From assembly GCA_048939245.1 (NCBI GenBank), contig JBHLPR010000026.1, positions 1 to 31,693 on the forward strand: a DNA stretch of 31,693 nucleotides. The letters are read 5' to 3'. This DNA is from Promethearchaeota archaeon (GTDB taxonomy: Archaea; Asgardarchaeota; Hermodarchaeia; Hermodarchaeales; Hermodarchaeaceae). This document shows positions 1 to 8,923 of the stretch, in pieces. The position numbers were made by a program, and so were the translations under genes. How positions within the stretch are numbered: the stretch's first letter is position 1; each line of letters starts with the position of its first letter. The notes under the pieces were generated by a model. That model did not search any database. It saw only the letters and a program-made list of their open reading frames with translations, and was not told where the DNA came from.

Positions 1-31
1 GGTCACGGGGTTTTTGGGAGGGTTTGGGCAT
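1..31 (-). CDS. possible 5' end of a gene running off the left edge (MPKPSQKPRD...)
   Basis: ATG at 31 on the minus strand with GTGAGG about 10 nt upstream; frame open to the window edge; only 10 codons visible. Confidence 0.25.
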   Translation of the reverse strand, partial: MPKPSQKPRD

Positions 32-279
32 GGTGGGATGCGCCTCACTGATGTCTGTGGAGATTGGTTTTTGAACTCCACAGGTGGTGGGGCGCGGGTT
101 TTGGTTCGTTTTTATGGGTTGTGGTGGGTGGAGCCTCATGTGTGTGGAAATGGGGATTGGTCTGTTCCCCGATAGTCTCTTCAAGCCAAGTTGGTCAATT
201 ATCGCCTACTTGCTGGCAAGGTGACGGTGGATGGCCATTATTTGCATAACTTTTTATGATTCGGTTGGGCTAGGGGCGG

Positions 280-1407
280 GTGTGGCTTGGTGATTGGGTG
301 AGGACGCTTTCGGTGAAAGAATGGATTGGGTTAATCCTTTTTGGGTTACTGGGGTTTCTTCTGTACTTTTTCGGAGTTGGAATCATCCATAAATCGTGGC
401 TGTATCTTGTGGCGTTTTTTGATACGGGGGTGTTCCCCCCCGATTTCTATCAGATCCCTTTTGTTCAAGGGAATCCCCTTGGGTTGGCGGCCTTGCATGA
501 TATCGGTATTTTCTTAGCGTCTGTGGGGGTTATTGTGCTCTATATCGTCTATTTTGTGTGGCTCCTCCCATTGGGAACGCTGGAACGGAGTCGATGGGGA
601 TTCCAATACATTCTGGGGTTCTTGCTCGTATTCACTGCGTGGATGGGAATCTGGATTTGTATGCACCGTGCGTTCATCTTTCTTTTGGAAGTCATTCGAA
701 TTGGGCTTGTGATTCAAGATCCATTCATGTTACATCTGCTGGGATTGCTTCTCGTCGGTCTCTTTCTCTTCGGAACTCTAGGTGTTCTCGTCTACAAAGC
801 CTACCACCTCACAATCGCCTCTTTCACGGGTTCAGCTGATCCAATTCAGCAACCTCTTACAACACCTAGGGTATCCAATGTTTCGGAGGGACGCAGCTGG
901 CCAATTCCATTTATACAAATCAAGAAAGATTGGAAATTTTACTTCCTGGCCTTTCTGCCTTACTTTTCAGCTGCTTTTGCGGTCTGGATCCTGTTATTCG
1001 AAGGCTTTATCGCATATCAATTCGGAATCCCCATTATCTGGGCGTTACTACCGGGGATTCCATGGACTCCCGACGCTTACATGCTATTCGGCGGGGTATT
1101 ACTAATCGCCAGTATGTTGGGGCTATGGATCATTATTGTATTCGTCCGACGTGCCCCCCTGACAGGTACTTTAGGGAGTAGTTGGTGGTGGCAAGGCGCT
1201 CGTCGCTATCTCTTCGTGCTATTATCCATCATAGTACTCATCGCTTTCATCAGCGGACTATTTGTTATCGTTATCACTTATCTCCAAATTGGATCCCTCA
1301 TAGTTTCCACGGCCTTGACTTGGCAGCAAATCGGCGAAGCCTTAGTTCTCCTTGGGCTAGTCACGGCCTTCGTTATTATCGTCGGAGAACGCGCCTCTGA
1401 AGCGTAA
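280..1407 (+). CDS. hypothetical polytopic membrane protein (about 8 TM segments, possibly two related halves)
   Basis: 375-aa ORF with two hydrophobic blocks separated by a hydrophilic Pro/Ser/Thr linker (SADPIQQPLTTPRVSNVSEG). Confidence 0.75.
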   Translation: MWLGDWVRTLSVKEWIGLILFGLLGFLLYFFGVGIIHKSWLYLVAFFDTGVFPPDFYQIPFVQGNPLGLAALHDIGIFLASVGVIVLYIVYFVWLLPLGTLERSRWGFQYILGFLLVFTAWMGIWICMHRAFIFLLEVIRIGLVIQDPFMLHLLGLLLVGLFLFGTLGVLVYKAYHLTIASFTGSADPIQQPLTTPRVSNVSEGRSWPIPFIQIKKDWKFYFLAFLPYFSAAFAVWILLFEGFIAYQFGIPIIWALLPGIPWTPDAYMLFGGVLLIASMLGLWIIIVFVRRAPLTGTLGSSWWWQGARRYLFVLLSIIVLIAFISGLFVIVITYLQIGSLIVSTALTWQQIGEALVLLGLVTAFVIIVGERASEA

Positions 1408-1765
1408 TCGCTGGTCTAAGCATCTAGGCGAGTCAGGCAAATAAAAGGCGTTTATCAACTGGATAGAATTTGTGTGTCTTTATTGGGTTTATGAAGTTTA
1501 ATGGTAGTTGAGGTGAATGCGGTGGATGATTAAGAGGTGCGTGAACGGATGTGTGGGTGGGGGTCGATAATGGTCCGGAGATTATCAATCGGCTTGGGCT
1601 TTCCTTGTACGGATGAGTTGTCTCACTGAACTAGGATCAAGAGATATGCGATAGTTATTAAATTTGAGTTCAGCGCTATTGGGGTGTTGGTGTAGTAATA
1701 TTTATGGTGTCTACGGGCTAATTAGTGGCGAACCGTGTGGTTCATCCAAATGGAGGTAATCTGAT

Positions 1766-2566
1766 TTGAATGGCAAAGGACTTGCTGCCATTACTTTGAT
1801 TATCGGAATAGTGGTTGGGTTCAGTGTTGGCTGGTTTGCACCGGCCTTGCTTCCACCAGCTCCGACCCCGAGTTTGGTGGAGCAGATTCAAGCACGGGGT
1901 ACTCTCATTGTTGGAACGAGTTCTGATTGGCCACCCTTTGAGATATTCAATACGACGACAGATCAGTATGAAGGCTTTGATATTGATCTTTGTGATATGA
2001 TAGCTGATTATCTGGGTGTTACAGTCACGTGGAGTGACATGGATTTTGACGCTTTGGTTGGTGCTTGTGTTGCCGGTAATATCGATATGATTGCGGCGGC
2101 AATGTTTGTCACACCCGAACGCGCAGAACAGCTCGCTCATTCAGTTCCCTATATTCGAACCAATCAGGTGGTCGTTGTTAAGGGGAACTCAACGCTTACG
2201 ATTTCTGACTTGGAGGATCTAGAAGGCTACGATGTAGGAGTTCAATCTGGAACAGTTGAAGACTTTGATCTAACAGATCTGGTCGATTCAGGTGTTGGCA
2301 TAAACCTAATTCGGTATGCTCGAGCTGATATCATGATGGCTGACCTAGATGCTGGGGGCATCGATGCAACTTATGTCGACGAACCAGTCTTCACGGTCTA
2401 TTCATCGATTTACAGTGTCAAAACGATTTTCACCGTTCCCGCGCCACCTACAGCCCTATTCTGCCGTTGGGAGAATCCGGATCTAATGCAGGCAATTAAT
2501 ACAGTTATCTTGGATGCATTTGCGGATGGAACGATGGACGCCCTCATCGCACAGTGGTTTGGGTGA
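1766..2566 (+). CDS. polar amino-acid ABC transporter substrate-binding protein (SBP family 3), N-terminally membrane-anchored
   Basis: Motifs GTSSDWPPFE, GFDIDL, IDMIAAAMFVTPERAE and VGVQSGT; N-terminal TM plus PPAPTP linker; GGAGG RBS before the TTG. Confidence 0.93.
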   Translation: MNGKGLAAITLIIGIVVGFSVGWFAPALLPPAPTPSLVEQIQARGTLIVGTSSDWPPFEIFNTTTDQYEGFDIDLCDMIADYLGVTVTWSDMDFDALVGACVAGNIDMIAAAMFVTPERAEQLAHSVPYIRTNQVVVVKGNSTLTISDLEDLEGYDVGVQSGTVEDFDLTDLVDSGVGINLIRYARADIMMADLDAGGIDATYVDEPVFTVYSSIYSVKTIFTVPAPPTALFCRWENPDLMQAINTVILDAFADGTMDALIAQWFG

Positions 2567-2572
2567 TACACG

Positions 2573-3253
2573 TTGCAGGCTCCGGATCTCCCCTCCATCT
2601 TTTTTTACATTCTCATCAACGGGTTACCTACAACCCTAATTCTTACCGCGCATGGTCTGCTTTGGGGGTTTTTGATTGGACTGGGATTAGCATTAATGCG
2701 AGTGTATGGTGGGCGAGAAATCGAATGGGTAGCCATAGCATACGAGAAGGTGTTTCGCGGGATTCCTTTGTTAGTGCTAATTTTTATTTTTGCATTTGGT
2801 TTTCCTAATCTCTTTTGGTTTATCCCCTTTGTTTACAGGACCTTGGCTGCAGTGATTCTTTCCTTGGCCCTTCGAAGTGCTGCATACCAATCACAAATTC
2901 TTCGAGGAGCTATTCTTTCTGTAACTCCGGGCCAGCTGTTAGCCGCAAGGGCATTGGGGATGAACCGATTACAGGCGTTTCGGCATGTGGTCCTTCCGCA
3001 AGCCCTGCGAATGGCGCTGCCAAGTTGGTCAAATGAGTATGCTGTTGTTATCAAAGATACAACCTTCGCTTCAGCTCTTGGAATTATTGATATGTTACGA
3101 GTTACATTTCGGGTTGTAGCAAATAATCCAGAGATGTTGTTTCCTCCGCTTGTGATTCTTGCCGTCTTATACTTCATTTTTACTTATCCCGTTACACGAT
3201 TTTTTGGAGAGCGACAAACGCAGAAGCTCAAAGACTTAGGATTAGGGGGTTAG
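2573..3253 (+). CDS. polar amino-acid ABC transporter permease (HisM/GlnP type)
   Basis: FRGIPLLV, SAAYQSQILRGAILSV and an EAA-loop-like GQLLAARALGM...VVLPQA. Confidence 0.93.
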   Translation: MQAPDLPSIFFYILINGLPTTLILTAHGLLWGFLIGLGLALMRVYGGREIEWVAIAYEKVFRGIPLLVLIFIFAFGFPNLFWFIPFVYRTLAAVILSLALRSAAYQSQILRGAILSVTPGQLLAARALGMNRLQAFRHVVLPQALRMALPSWSNEYAVVIKDTTFASALGIIDMLRVTFRVVANNPEMLFPPLVILAVLYFIFTYPVTRFFGERQTQKLKDLGLGG

Positions 3254-3258
3254 CCGAA

Positions 3259-4053
3259 GTGGAAACACCGTTACTTCAAGTAAAGAACATCTGGAAAGCA
3301 TATGATGAATTACAGGTTCTCAAGGGCATCTCTTTTGATATGAACGAAGGTGAGGTTAAGGTAATTTTTGGTCCCAGTGGGTCAGGTAAAAGCACTCTTC
3401 TTCGCTGTATCAATATGCTGAGCCCCCCAGATAAAGGCACAATCGTACTTCAAGATACAAATCTCATGGATACGGATACTAATCTGAACATGATGCGATC
3501 CAAGATTGGAATGGTGTTCCAACATTTCAATCTATTTTTGCATCTTAAAGCAATAGAGAATGTTAGTCTTGGTCCCCGTCGTGTACTTGGATTATCAAAG
3601 GAAGAAGCGAACGAAAAGGCGTTAGACGCATTAGAACAAGTGAAGATGGAAAAATGGGCAGACCATTATCCTGCCCAATTATCCGGTGGGCAACAGCAAC
3701 GGGTAGGGATCGCTCGAGCGCTAGTTATGAATCCCGTGTTGATTTTGTTCGATGAACCCACATCGGCGTTAGATCCTGAATTAATTGGTGAAGTGCTACA
3801 AGTGATGCTTGACATCGCGAAAACAGGCACAACAATGCTTGTAGTAACTCACGAAATGGGCTTCGCTCGAGCGGTTGCGAATGAGATGATTTTCATGGAT
3901 GAAGGGGTTGTTGTCGAACGGGGATCTCCAAAGCACTTTTCGGTTTCCCCAAAAACGGAGAGAGCAAAGCAATTTCTACATCGGCTTGCAGTTCTTTATG
4001 GGCACCATGAGGATCTACTGCAACTGAAAGATGAGGAGGAAGGTTCTAAGTGA
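3259..4053 (+). CDS. glnQ: polar amino-acid ABC transporter ATP-binding protein (GlnQ/HisP type)
   Basis: Walker A GPSGSGKST, Q-loop MVFQHFNLF, signature LSGGQQQRV, Walker B LFDEPTSALDPEL, H-switch VTHEMGFA. Confidence 0.93.
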   Translation: METPLLQVKNIWKAYDELQVLKGISFDMNEGEVKVIFGPSGSGKSTLLRCINMLSPPDKGTIVLQDTNLMDTDTNLNMMRSKIGMVFQHFNLFLHLKAIENVSLGPRRVLGLSKEEANEKALDALEQVKMEKWADHYPAQLSGGQQQRVGIARALVMNPVLILFDEPTSALDPELIGEVLQVMLDIAKTGTTMLVVTHEMGFARAVANEMIFMDEGVVVERGSPKHFSVSPKTERAKQFLHRLAVLYGHHEDLLQLKDEEEGSK

Positions 4054-4814
4054 TTCAAGTCCTTCCCAAATGGCTTGAAGACCTTCTCACTGTATTGGCA
4101 TATGGTAATGAAATCATCGTAGGTTTGAGAACAACACTTTCGTTGTATTTTACTGCATTAGTAATGGGATTCTTTCTCGGCTTGCTGTTCGCTATTGGAC
4201 GACAATATGGCGGCATGATTCTTTCAAGAATTTCCACTGCATACATTGAAATAATTCGTGGAACTCCTCTACTGGTCCAACTGTTTATCTTCTACTTCTT
4301 TCCTTTTAGCCTAAGTGCTACACTTGAGCTTCTCGGGTACCCTCCCCTACCTTTGGATTGGAGTATTCAGATAATTGGTCCAGGAGGCCAATTGATCACT
4401 CTTCTTAATCATCGGATTTTTACTTGTTATTTGATGTTGGGGCTGAATAGTACCGCATATCAGGCTGAGTATCTTCGCGGTGCTATCACTTCAGTGAGTG
4501 CTGGGCAGTTTTTAGCGGCACAATCAATTGGATTAACAAGACTGGGTGGTATCCGTTCGATTGTGTTACCACAAGCACTTCGCCGTGTCATCCCTTCTTG
4601 GTCCAATGAGGCTGCGTATCTGCCAAAATACACTGTTGTGGCTTACTTTATTGGAGTAGAAGATCTCTTTGCGATGGCGCACTTCATTGTTTCCCGGACT
4701 TTTCTGACGCTCACTTCTTATCTGCTGGTTGCTCTAATTTATCTCGTATTGGTGTCGATAATTTCCCGAATACTAGACTACGTATATGATCGAACTAAGA
4801 TTCCGGGACTTTAG
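4050..4814 (+). CDS. second polar amino-acid ABC transporter permease
   Basis: YIEIIRGTPLLVQLF, AYQAEYLRGAI and IVLPQALRR; GTGA start/stop overlap with the ATPase gene. Confidence 0.93.
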   Translation: MIQVLPKWLEDLLTVLAYGNEIIVGLRTTLSLYFTALVMGFFLGLLFAIGRQYGGMILSRISTAYIEIIRGTPLLVQLFIFYFFPFSLSATLELLGYPPLPLDWSIQIIGPGGQLITLLNHRIFTCYLMLGLNSTAYQAEYLRGAITSVSAGQFLAAQSIGLTRLGGIRSIVLPQALRRVIPSWSNEAAYLPKYTVVAYFIGVEDLFAMAHFIVSRTFLTLTSYLLVALIYLVLVSIISRILDYVYDRTKIPGL

Positions 4815-5079
4815 TAATTTACTTGATTACTGATCCGATTTCGTATGGGCTTTGACAAATTTCTCTTATCAAAGAATCTGCCATCTCTTCCCAAAATAGT
4901 GATAGCGATTTCTCTATAAGCACAACTTGGTAATCTGAGTTGAGCCATTTCGTTAAATAGAAACTAATCTACACTCACACGTTATCCCTTGAAGGTGTTA
5001 ACCATCTTTTTAAAACTCTTAAGACCCTTAAACAAGCGTACGAACACCTAGAACGTTGAAAAAAGGTATAGTGACAATT

Positions 5080-6516
5080 ATGAAGGTCCTCTTCGTTGAA
5101 CCTCCTAAGGACTACTGGTTTATTATGGGGGAGTATCGTCCACCACCCTTCGGCATCCTTTGCCTGGCGGCGTATCTTGAAGCCCATCTCGACGATGTGG
5201 AGATCCAGGTGGTGGATTGTCAGGCAGAACAACTTCATTGGGAGGGACTGGAAGACCGGATTAACAGGTTCAAGCCGGATATGGTCTGTCCAGGCGTGCT
5301 TTCGACGGTGAATGCCTTTCTGGTAGCTCGAACCGTTCAGCTAGCGAAGAAAGTGGATCCTGAGATTACGACGGTGGTTGGAGGGTTGCATTTCTCCGTT
5401 CTTGCCCAGGAAAGCCTTGACGCATACCCGGAAATCGATTTCGTGGTTCGTGGGGAAGGCGAACGCACCCTCTTAGACCTTGTCAAGACATTGGAATCTG
5501 GAGGCCCTCTCAAACAGGTGAAAGGAATCTCCTATCGGCACAAGGGAAAAATTGTCCAGACACCCAATCGCGCTTATATTACGGATCTTGATACCTTGCC
5601 CTATCCGGGGTATCATTTTGTTCGCGATCACATGAAGCACTATCATTTTACCATGATGGCTGGAAAGAACACCCCCTATGCATTAATCGAAGCTTCTCGG
5701 GGGTGCGACCATCAATGCTCTTTCTGCACTCAATGGCGATACTGGGGACGGTGTCGACGTAAATCCCCCACACGTGTAGCCGATGAATTCGAATATGTTT
5801 ACCATGAATTTGGCAGCCGATTCCTTTGGCTCACCGACGACAATCTGGGGTTAGGGAAGTGGATGGACCACTTCTGTGACGAATTACTCAGCCGAGGGAT
5901 TACCGATGACCTGCTCTGGTTCATGCAAATTCGCGCTGATGATATCATTACCCACCAAGCCCTGCTCCCGAAAATGCACCAGACCGGGCTACACTGGGCC
6001 ATGGCCGGCGTGGAAACCCATGAGGCGTCACGGTTAGAGAAATACCGAAAGGAGTTGAATCCGTCAATGGCTAAACAGGCCATGGATCTATTGAAAGCCA
6101 ATAATATCATGTCACAAACAACCGCTATCATTGGCGATCGCAACGACACGCATGAATCTATTGAAGCCTTCCGGAACTGGCTCGATGATGTCGATCCGGA
6201 CATTGCCATCTTTATGATTTTGACACCCTATCCGGGCACCGAATTATATGAGACCGCGAAACGCGAAGGCTGGATTGAGGAGGAGAATTGGTTCCACTAC
6301 GATATGGTGCACGCGGTGATGCCCACCGAACACCTATCGCGCCGCGAAGTCCAAGAAGAACTCTACCAGTGTTACCGGCAGTTCTTTGGGTCGTGGGGGC
6401 GTCGTATCGGCGGGTTGTTCTCATCCAATAAAATCAAACGCCGCTGTTACCGCTACATGATGAAACAAGGCGTGGTTCTTATGCTCAGAGATCTCTTTTT
6501 AGCACTCCGACCCTAA
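5080..6516 (+). CDS. cobalamin-dependent radical SAM protein (BchE-like architecture), paralog 1
   Basis: N-terminal B12-binding domain (PPFGILCLAAYL, VVGGLHFS, VVRGEGE); SRGCDHQCSFC (CxxxCxxC); DDN, GVET and TPYPGT. ATG 5080 preferred over TTG 5056 because it aligns with the paralog start. Confidence 0.92.
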   Translation: MKVLFVEPPKDYWFIMGEYRPPPFGILCLAAYLEAHLDDVEIQVVDCQAEQLHWEGLEDRINRFKPDMVCPGVLSTVNAFLVARTVQLAKKVDPEITTVVGGLHFSVLAQESLDAYPEIDFVVRGEGERTLLDLVKTLESGGPLKQVKGISYRHKGKIVQTPNRAYITDLDTLPYPGYHFVRDHMKHYHFTMMAGKNTPYALIEASRGCDHQCSFCTQWRYWGRCRRKSPTRVADEFEYVYHEFGSRFLWLTDDNLGLGKWMDHFCDELLSRGITDDLLWFMQIRADDIITHQALLPKMHQTGLHWAMAGVETHEASRLEKYRKELNPSMAKQAMDLLKANNIMSQTTAIIGDRNDTHESIEAFRNWLDDVDPDIAIFMILTPYPGTELYETAKREGWIEEENWFHYDMVHAVMPTEHLSRREVQEELYQCYRQFFGSWGRRIGGLFSSNKIKRRCYRYMMKQGVVLMLRDLFLALRP

Positions 6517-6580
6517 CTTTCCTACATCCACTTTTTCCTGTCGGTACTCTTTAGTGAACTCTTCAGATCATTCGGTGCTT

Positions 6581-6601
6581 GTTCATCTTTTTCTGATGAA
6601 C
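6581..6601. terminator. hairpin between convergent genes (possible terminator)
   Basis: gttcatc-tttttct-gatgaac, a perfect 7-bp stem in the convergent intergenic region. Confidence 0.3.
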
Positions 6602-6725
6602 TGAATTCTTATGATAACCACCATTATAACTAGGGCTGTGTAACTAACTGTATTCAAGGAATATGGTAGTCTGACTAATGACAACAGGGATGGTGTTTTT
6701 GAGGAAATTCGGGTTCTACGTGGTG

Positions 6726-8180
6726 TCAGGATTGGAGGACTCTTCGCCGGCGATATTGCCACACGAGGACGATGACGACTCCAATGATAATGATCATGAC
6801 GGCCACGAGGATTGGAATGAGTGATTGGCTGACTCGGATTTGGTTTGTGCGGATGTCTGAGATTCGTAACATCCAGACATCACCCCAACACGTGTCACTA
6901 TATGCAATGAGGAGAAAGCTTGTGTCCTCAAGTTGTAAGGCGGTACCTACCGCATCGCCTAGCTCCTCGTAGCCATGAATCCATTGCCATAAGACATTAC
7001 CTGCATTGTCAAGGCGGACAAATGAGAGATCATAATGTATCCACCATTCTGTAATTGTATGGCTTCCGGCTAAAGCAAAGCCTCCATCCGAACATCCGAT
7101 TGCAATGTGACCGCTAGACCGCAATATCTTTTCCCATAATATGTTTCCTACGGCATCAATGCGAACAAGCCAAGGATAGGCATACATGGCTGCTTTTGTA
7201 GGCTGTAATTCTGCTGAATAGCCTGTGATCAGATATCCGTTATTTGGTTGTGGGATAATACAATAGAATCCATCATCAGACCAAGCTCCATAGGTGCGGT
7301 TCCATAACAGATTTCCCTCCTCGTCCGTGCAAACGAGGTATCCGTCTGGATTTGTTGTATTAAATACCGTTGTATACGATGAGAAACTTTCTGATGATCC
7401 TGCAATCAGAAATCCTGATTCAGTTCTCACTATGTCCCAAGCATGGTCAAAATCTTCTCCCCCATAGGTCTGATTCCAGAGATAGTTGCCGTTGGCATCA
7501 AATCGTATTAATAGGATATCAAACATGCCTGCGGCCCAATTTACGGTGGAGCCAACTATTGCTAGTCCTCCATCACTGCACTCGACTATTCGTTCAGTCC
7601 AGTCAGGCTTCGGGCCCCCGAAAGTAGTATTCCATAATAAAGTACCTTCCGCATCTGTTCGCACAAGGAGGACATCACCATCGTAATAATAATGGTCCAT
7701 TGAGTCGTTTTTCCAACTATGGATTGATGCCGCAATTGCAAATCCTCCGTCTGAACATTCTATGATTGAAACGCCCGCCTCATCGCAGGTAGTGCCGAGT
7801 GTCCGATTCCAGAGTAGATTCCCGTTTTGGTCAATTTGTCCCAGCCAAATATCTGTCTCCGAGATGTTGCCGCCGAGGCCCCAACTCGAAGTTGAGCCCA
7901 CAAAAATAAGTTCACCAGCTTTTGTTGTTATGACCTCGGCAATGGAATCTTCTCCATCGCCACCGATTGTTGTACTCGATAAAATGATGTCACTTTGGAC
8001 TGGGATGTATAATGCCCACCAATTTGTAATGGTAACTGCGCTTAGAAGCGTTAAGGTTGTCAACCCAATGGCGATTATTTGTGTCTGAGTCCATTTTGGA
8101 GATCGTGTCGCCGAAGGTTTGTTGGGGCTTCCTGTAGGTGGTTTAGGAATTTTTGGACAAGCCTCAGTTGTGGAGGTCAC
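6726..8180 (-). CDS. membrane-anchored extracellular beta-propeller-like repeat protein
   Basis: About 6-7 repeats of ~50 aa (GNLLWNRTLG, GTLLWNTTFGG, GNYLWNQTYGG, GNLLWNRTYGA; IIECSDGGFAIA, IVECSDGGLAIVG); N-terminal TM and C-terminal TM followed by RRRR. Likely start GTG 8180, overlapping the upstream TGA and preceded by GGGAGG (track start 8210). Confidence 0.85.
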   Translation of the reverse strand: MTSTTEACPKIPKPPTGSPNKPSATRSPKWTQTQIIAIGLTTLTLLSAVTITNWWALYIPVQSDIILSSTTIGGDGEDSIAEVITTKAGELIFVGSTSSWGLGGNISETDIWLGQIDQNGNLLWNRTLGTTCDEAGVSIIECSDGGFAIAASIHSWKNDSMDHYYYDGDVLLVRTDAEGTLLWNTTFGGPKPDWTERIVECSDGGLAIVGSTVNWAAGMFDILLIRFDANGNYLWNQTYGGEDFDHAWDIVRTESGFLIAGSSESFSSYTTVFNTTNPDGYLVCTDEEGNLLWNRTYGAWSDDGFYCIIPQPNNGYLITGYSAELQPTKAAMYAYPWLVRIDAVGNILWEKILRSSGHIAIGCSDGGFALAGSHTITEWWIHYDLSFVRLDNAGNVLWQWIHGYEELGDAVGTALQLEDTSFLLIAYSDTCWGDVWMLRISDIRTNQIRVSQSLIPILVAVMIIIIGVVIVLVWQYRRRRVLQS

Positions 8181-8665
8181 TTCCCTCCCCGGTTCTTTAC
8201 GTCGTGCCATTTTAATCGCCTCATAATTGTTTCAAATAACAGAATTGCTAAATCAGTGGGGGCCAAGTCTGATGGAATGGGGATGTCCCATTCTTTAGCT
8301 AATGTCGTGAGCGTGGCTTCGCACTTGGGATAGTCGCCGCATCCGTCGCAGTCGCCTTTGTGGGCATACCAGGTTTGGAGTCCGATGCTGGGTGAATAGA
8401 GGATGTAGGTGTCGGTTTGGGAGGCGGCGCAATAGCCGGTGGCAATGCCGTATCGTGTGCTCATTTTGTTTATGCGAATACGATTGGTTGAAGCGGCGTG
8501 CTGGATTAGTTTCTTGATGCGGGCTTCGGCGATGCGTTGTTCTTTGCTGATGAAGGGGCGTGAAACGTTGAGTTCTTCGGCGATTTCGGAGGGTTTAATG
8601 TTGCGTCGCCGTTGGGACCAAATCCAGTTTTGTTTGGGTGAAGGGTATCGTAACGAGGTAAACAT
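8177..8665 (-). CDS. HTH DNA-binding protein with C-terminal Cys cluster (putative metal-binding transcription regulator)
   Basis: HTH IKPSEIAEELNVSRPFISK; HKGDCDGCGDYPKC; ATG 8665 preferred (track start 8695). Confidence 0.8.
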   Translation of the reverse strand: MFTSLRYPSPKQNWIWSQRRRNIKPSEIAEELNVSRPFISKEQRIAEARIKKLIQHAASTNRIRINKMSTRYGIATGYCAASQTDTYILYSPSIGLQTWYAHKGDCDGCGDYPKCEATLTTLAKEWDIPIPSDLAPTDLAILLFETIMRRLKWHDVKNRGGK

Positions 8666-8728
8666 AGCAGTCACGCTTTCCTCTGAGTTTAGCAATTCCT
8701 CAAGTACTCTGCAATATGTGGTATCTGC

Positions 8729-8760
8729 TATTTAAAATTAACCTGTTAATGGTTAACTTT
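8729..8760 (-). promoter_or_regulatory. TATA box with adjacent inverted-repeat operator upstream of the HTH gene
   Basis: Minus-strand TTTAAATA at 8729-8736; aaaattaacc-N7-ggttaacttt (9/10 dyad) at 8734-8760. Confidence 0.5.
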
Positions 8761-8840
8761 TTTTTCGATTATTTGTTAGGGTTTTCTCCTGAAAAAAAGA
8801 AGAAATTCAGTAAGCCATGAACAATCTATTGGTTAGAGAT

Positions 8841-8873
8841 AAAAAAGGGAGTTGCCGGGTGATTGTACCCGGC
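8841..8873 (-). terminator. GC-rich hairpin plus T-tract terminator downstream of the 588-aa secreted protein gene
   Basis: gccgggt-gattgt-acccggc stem (8854-8873) followed on the minus strand by ...ctccctttttt. Confidence 0.55.
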
Positions 8874-8923
8874 GTGTTTTCGACATTTATCCAGGAGTAG
8901 TGGTTAATGGTTGGCTGTTGGGG

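Noticed and set aside
64-249. 61-aa plus-strand ORF
   Set aside because: G/T-rich low-complexity sequence with no motif or clear RBS; probably a by-product of local skew
1517-1570. 17-codon ORF MRWMIKRCVNGCVGGGR after GAGGTGA
   Set aside because: The RBS abuts the ATG and the ORF is too short to support; a chance match in G-rich DNA is likely
8177-8665. HTH protein as a true ECF sigma factor
   Set aside because: Only a region-4-like HTH is present, with no region 2, and the context is archaeal
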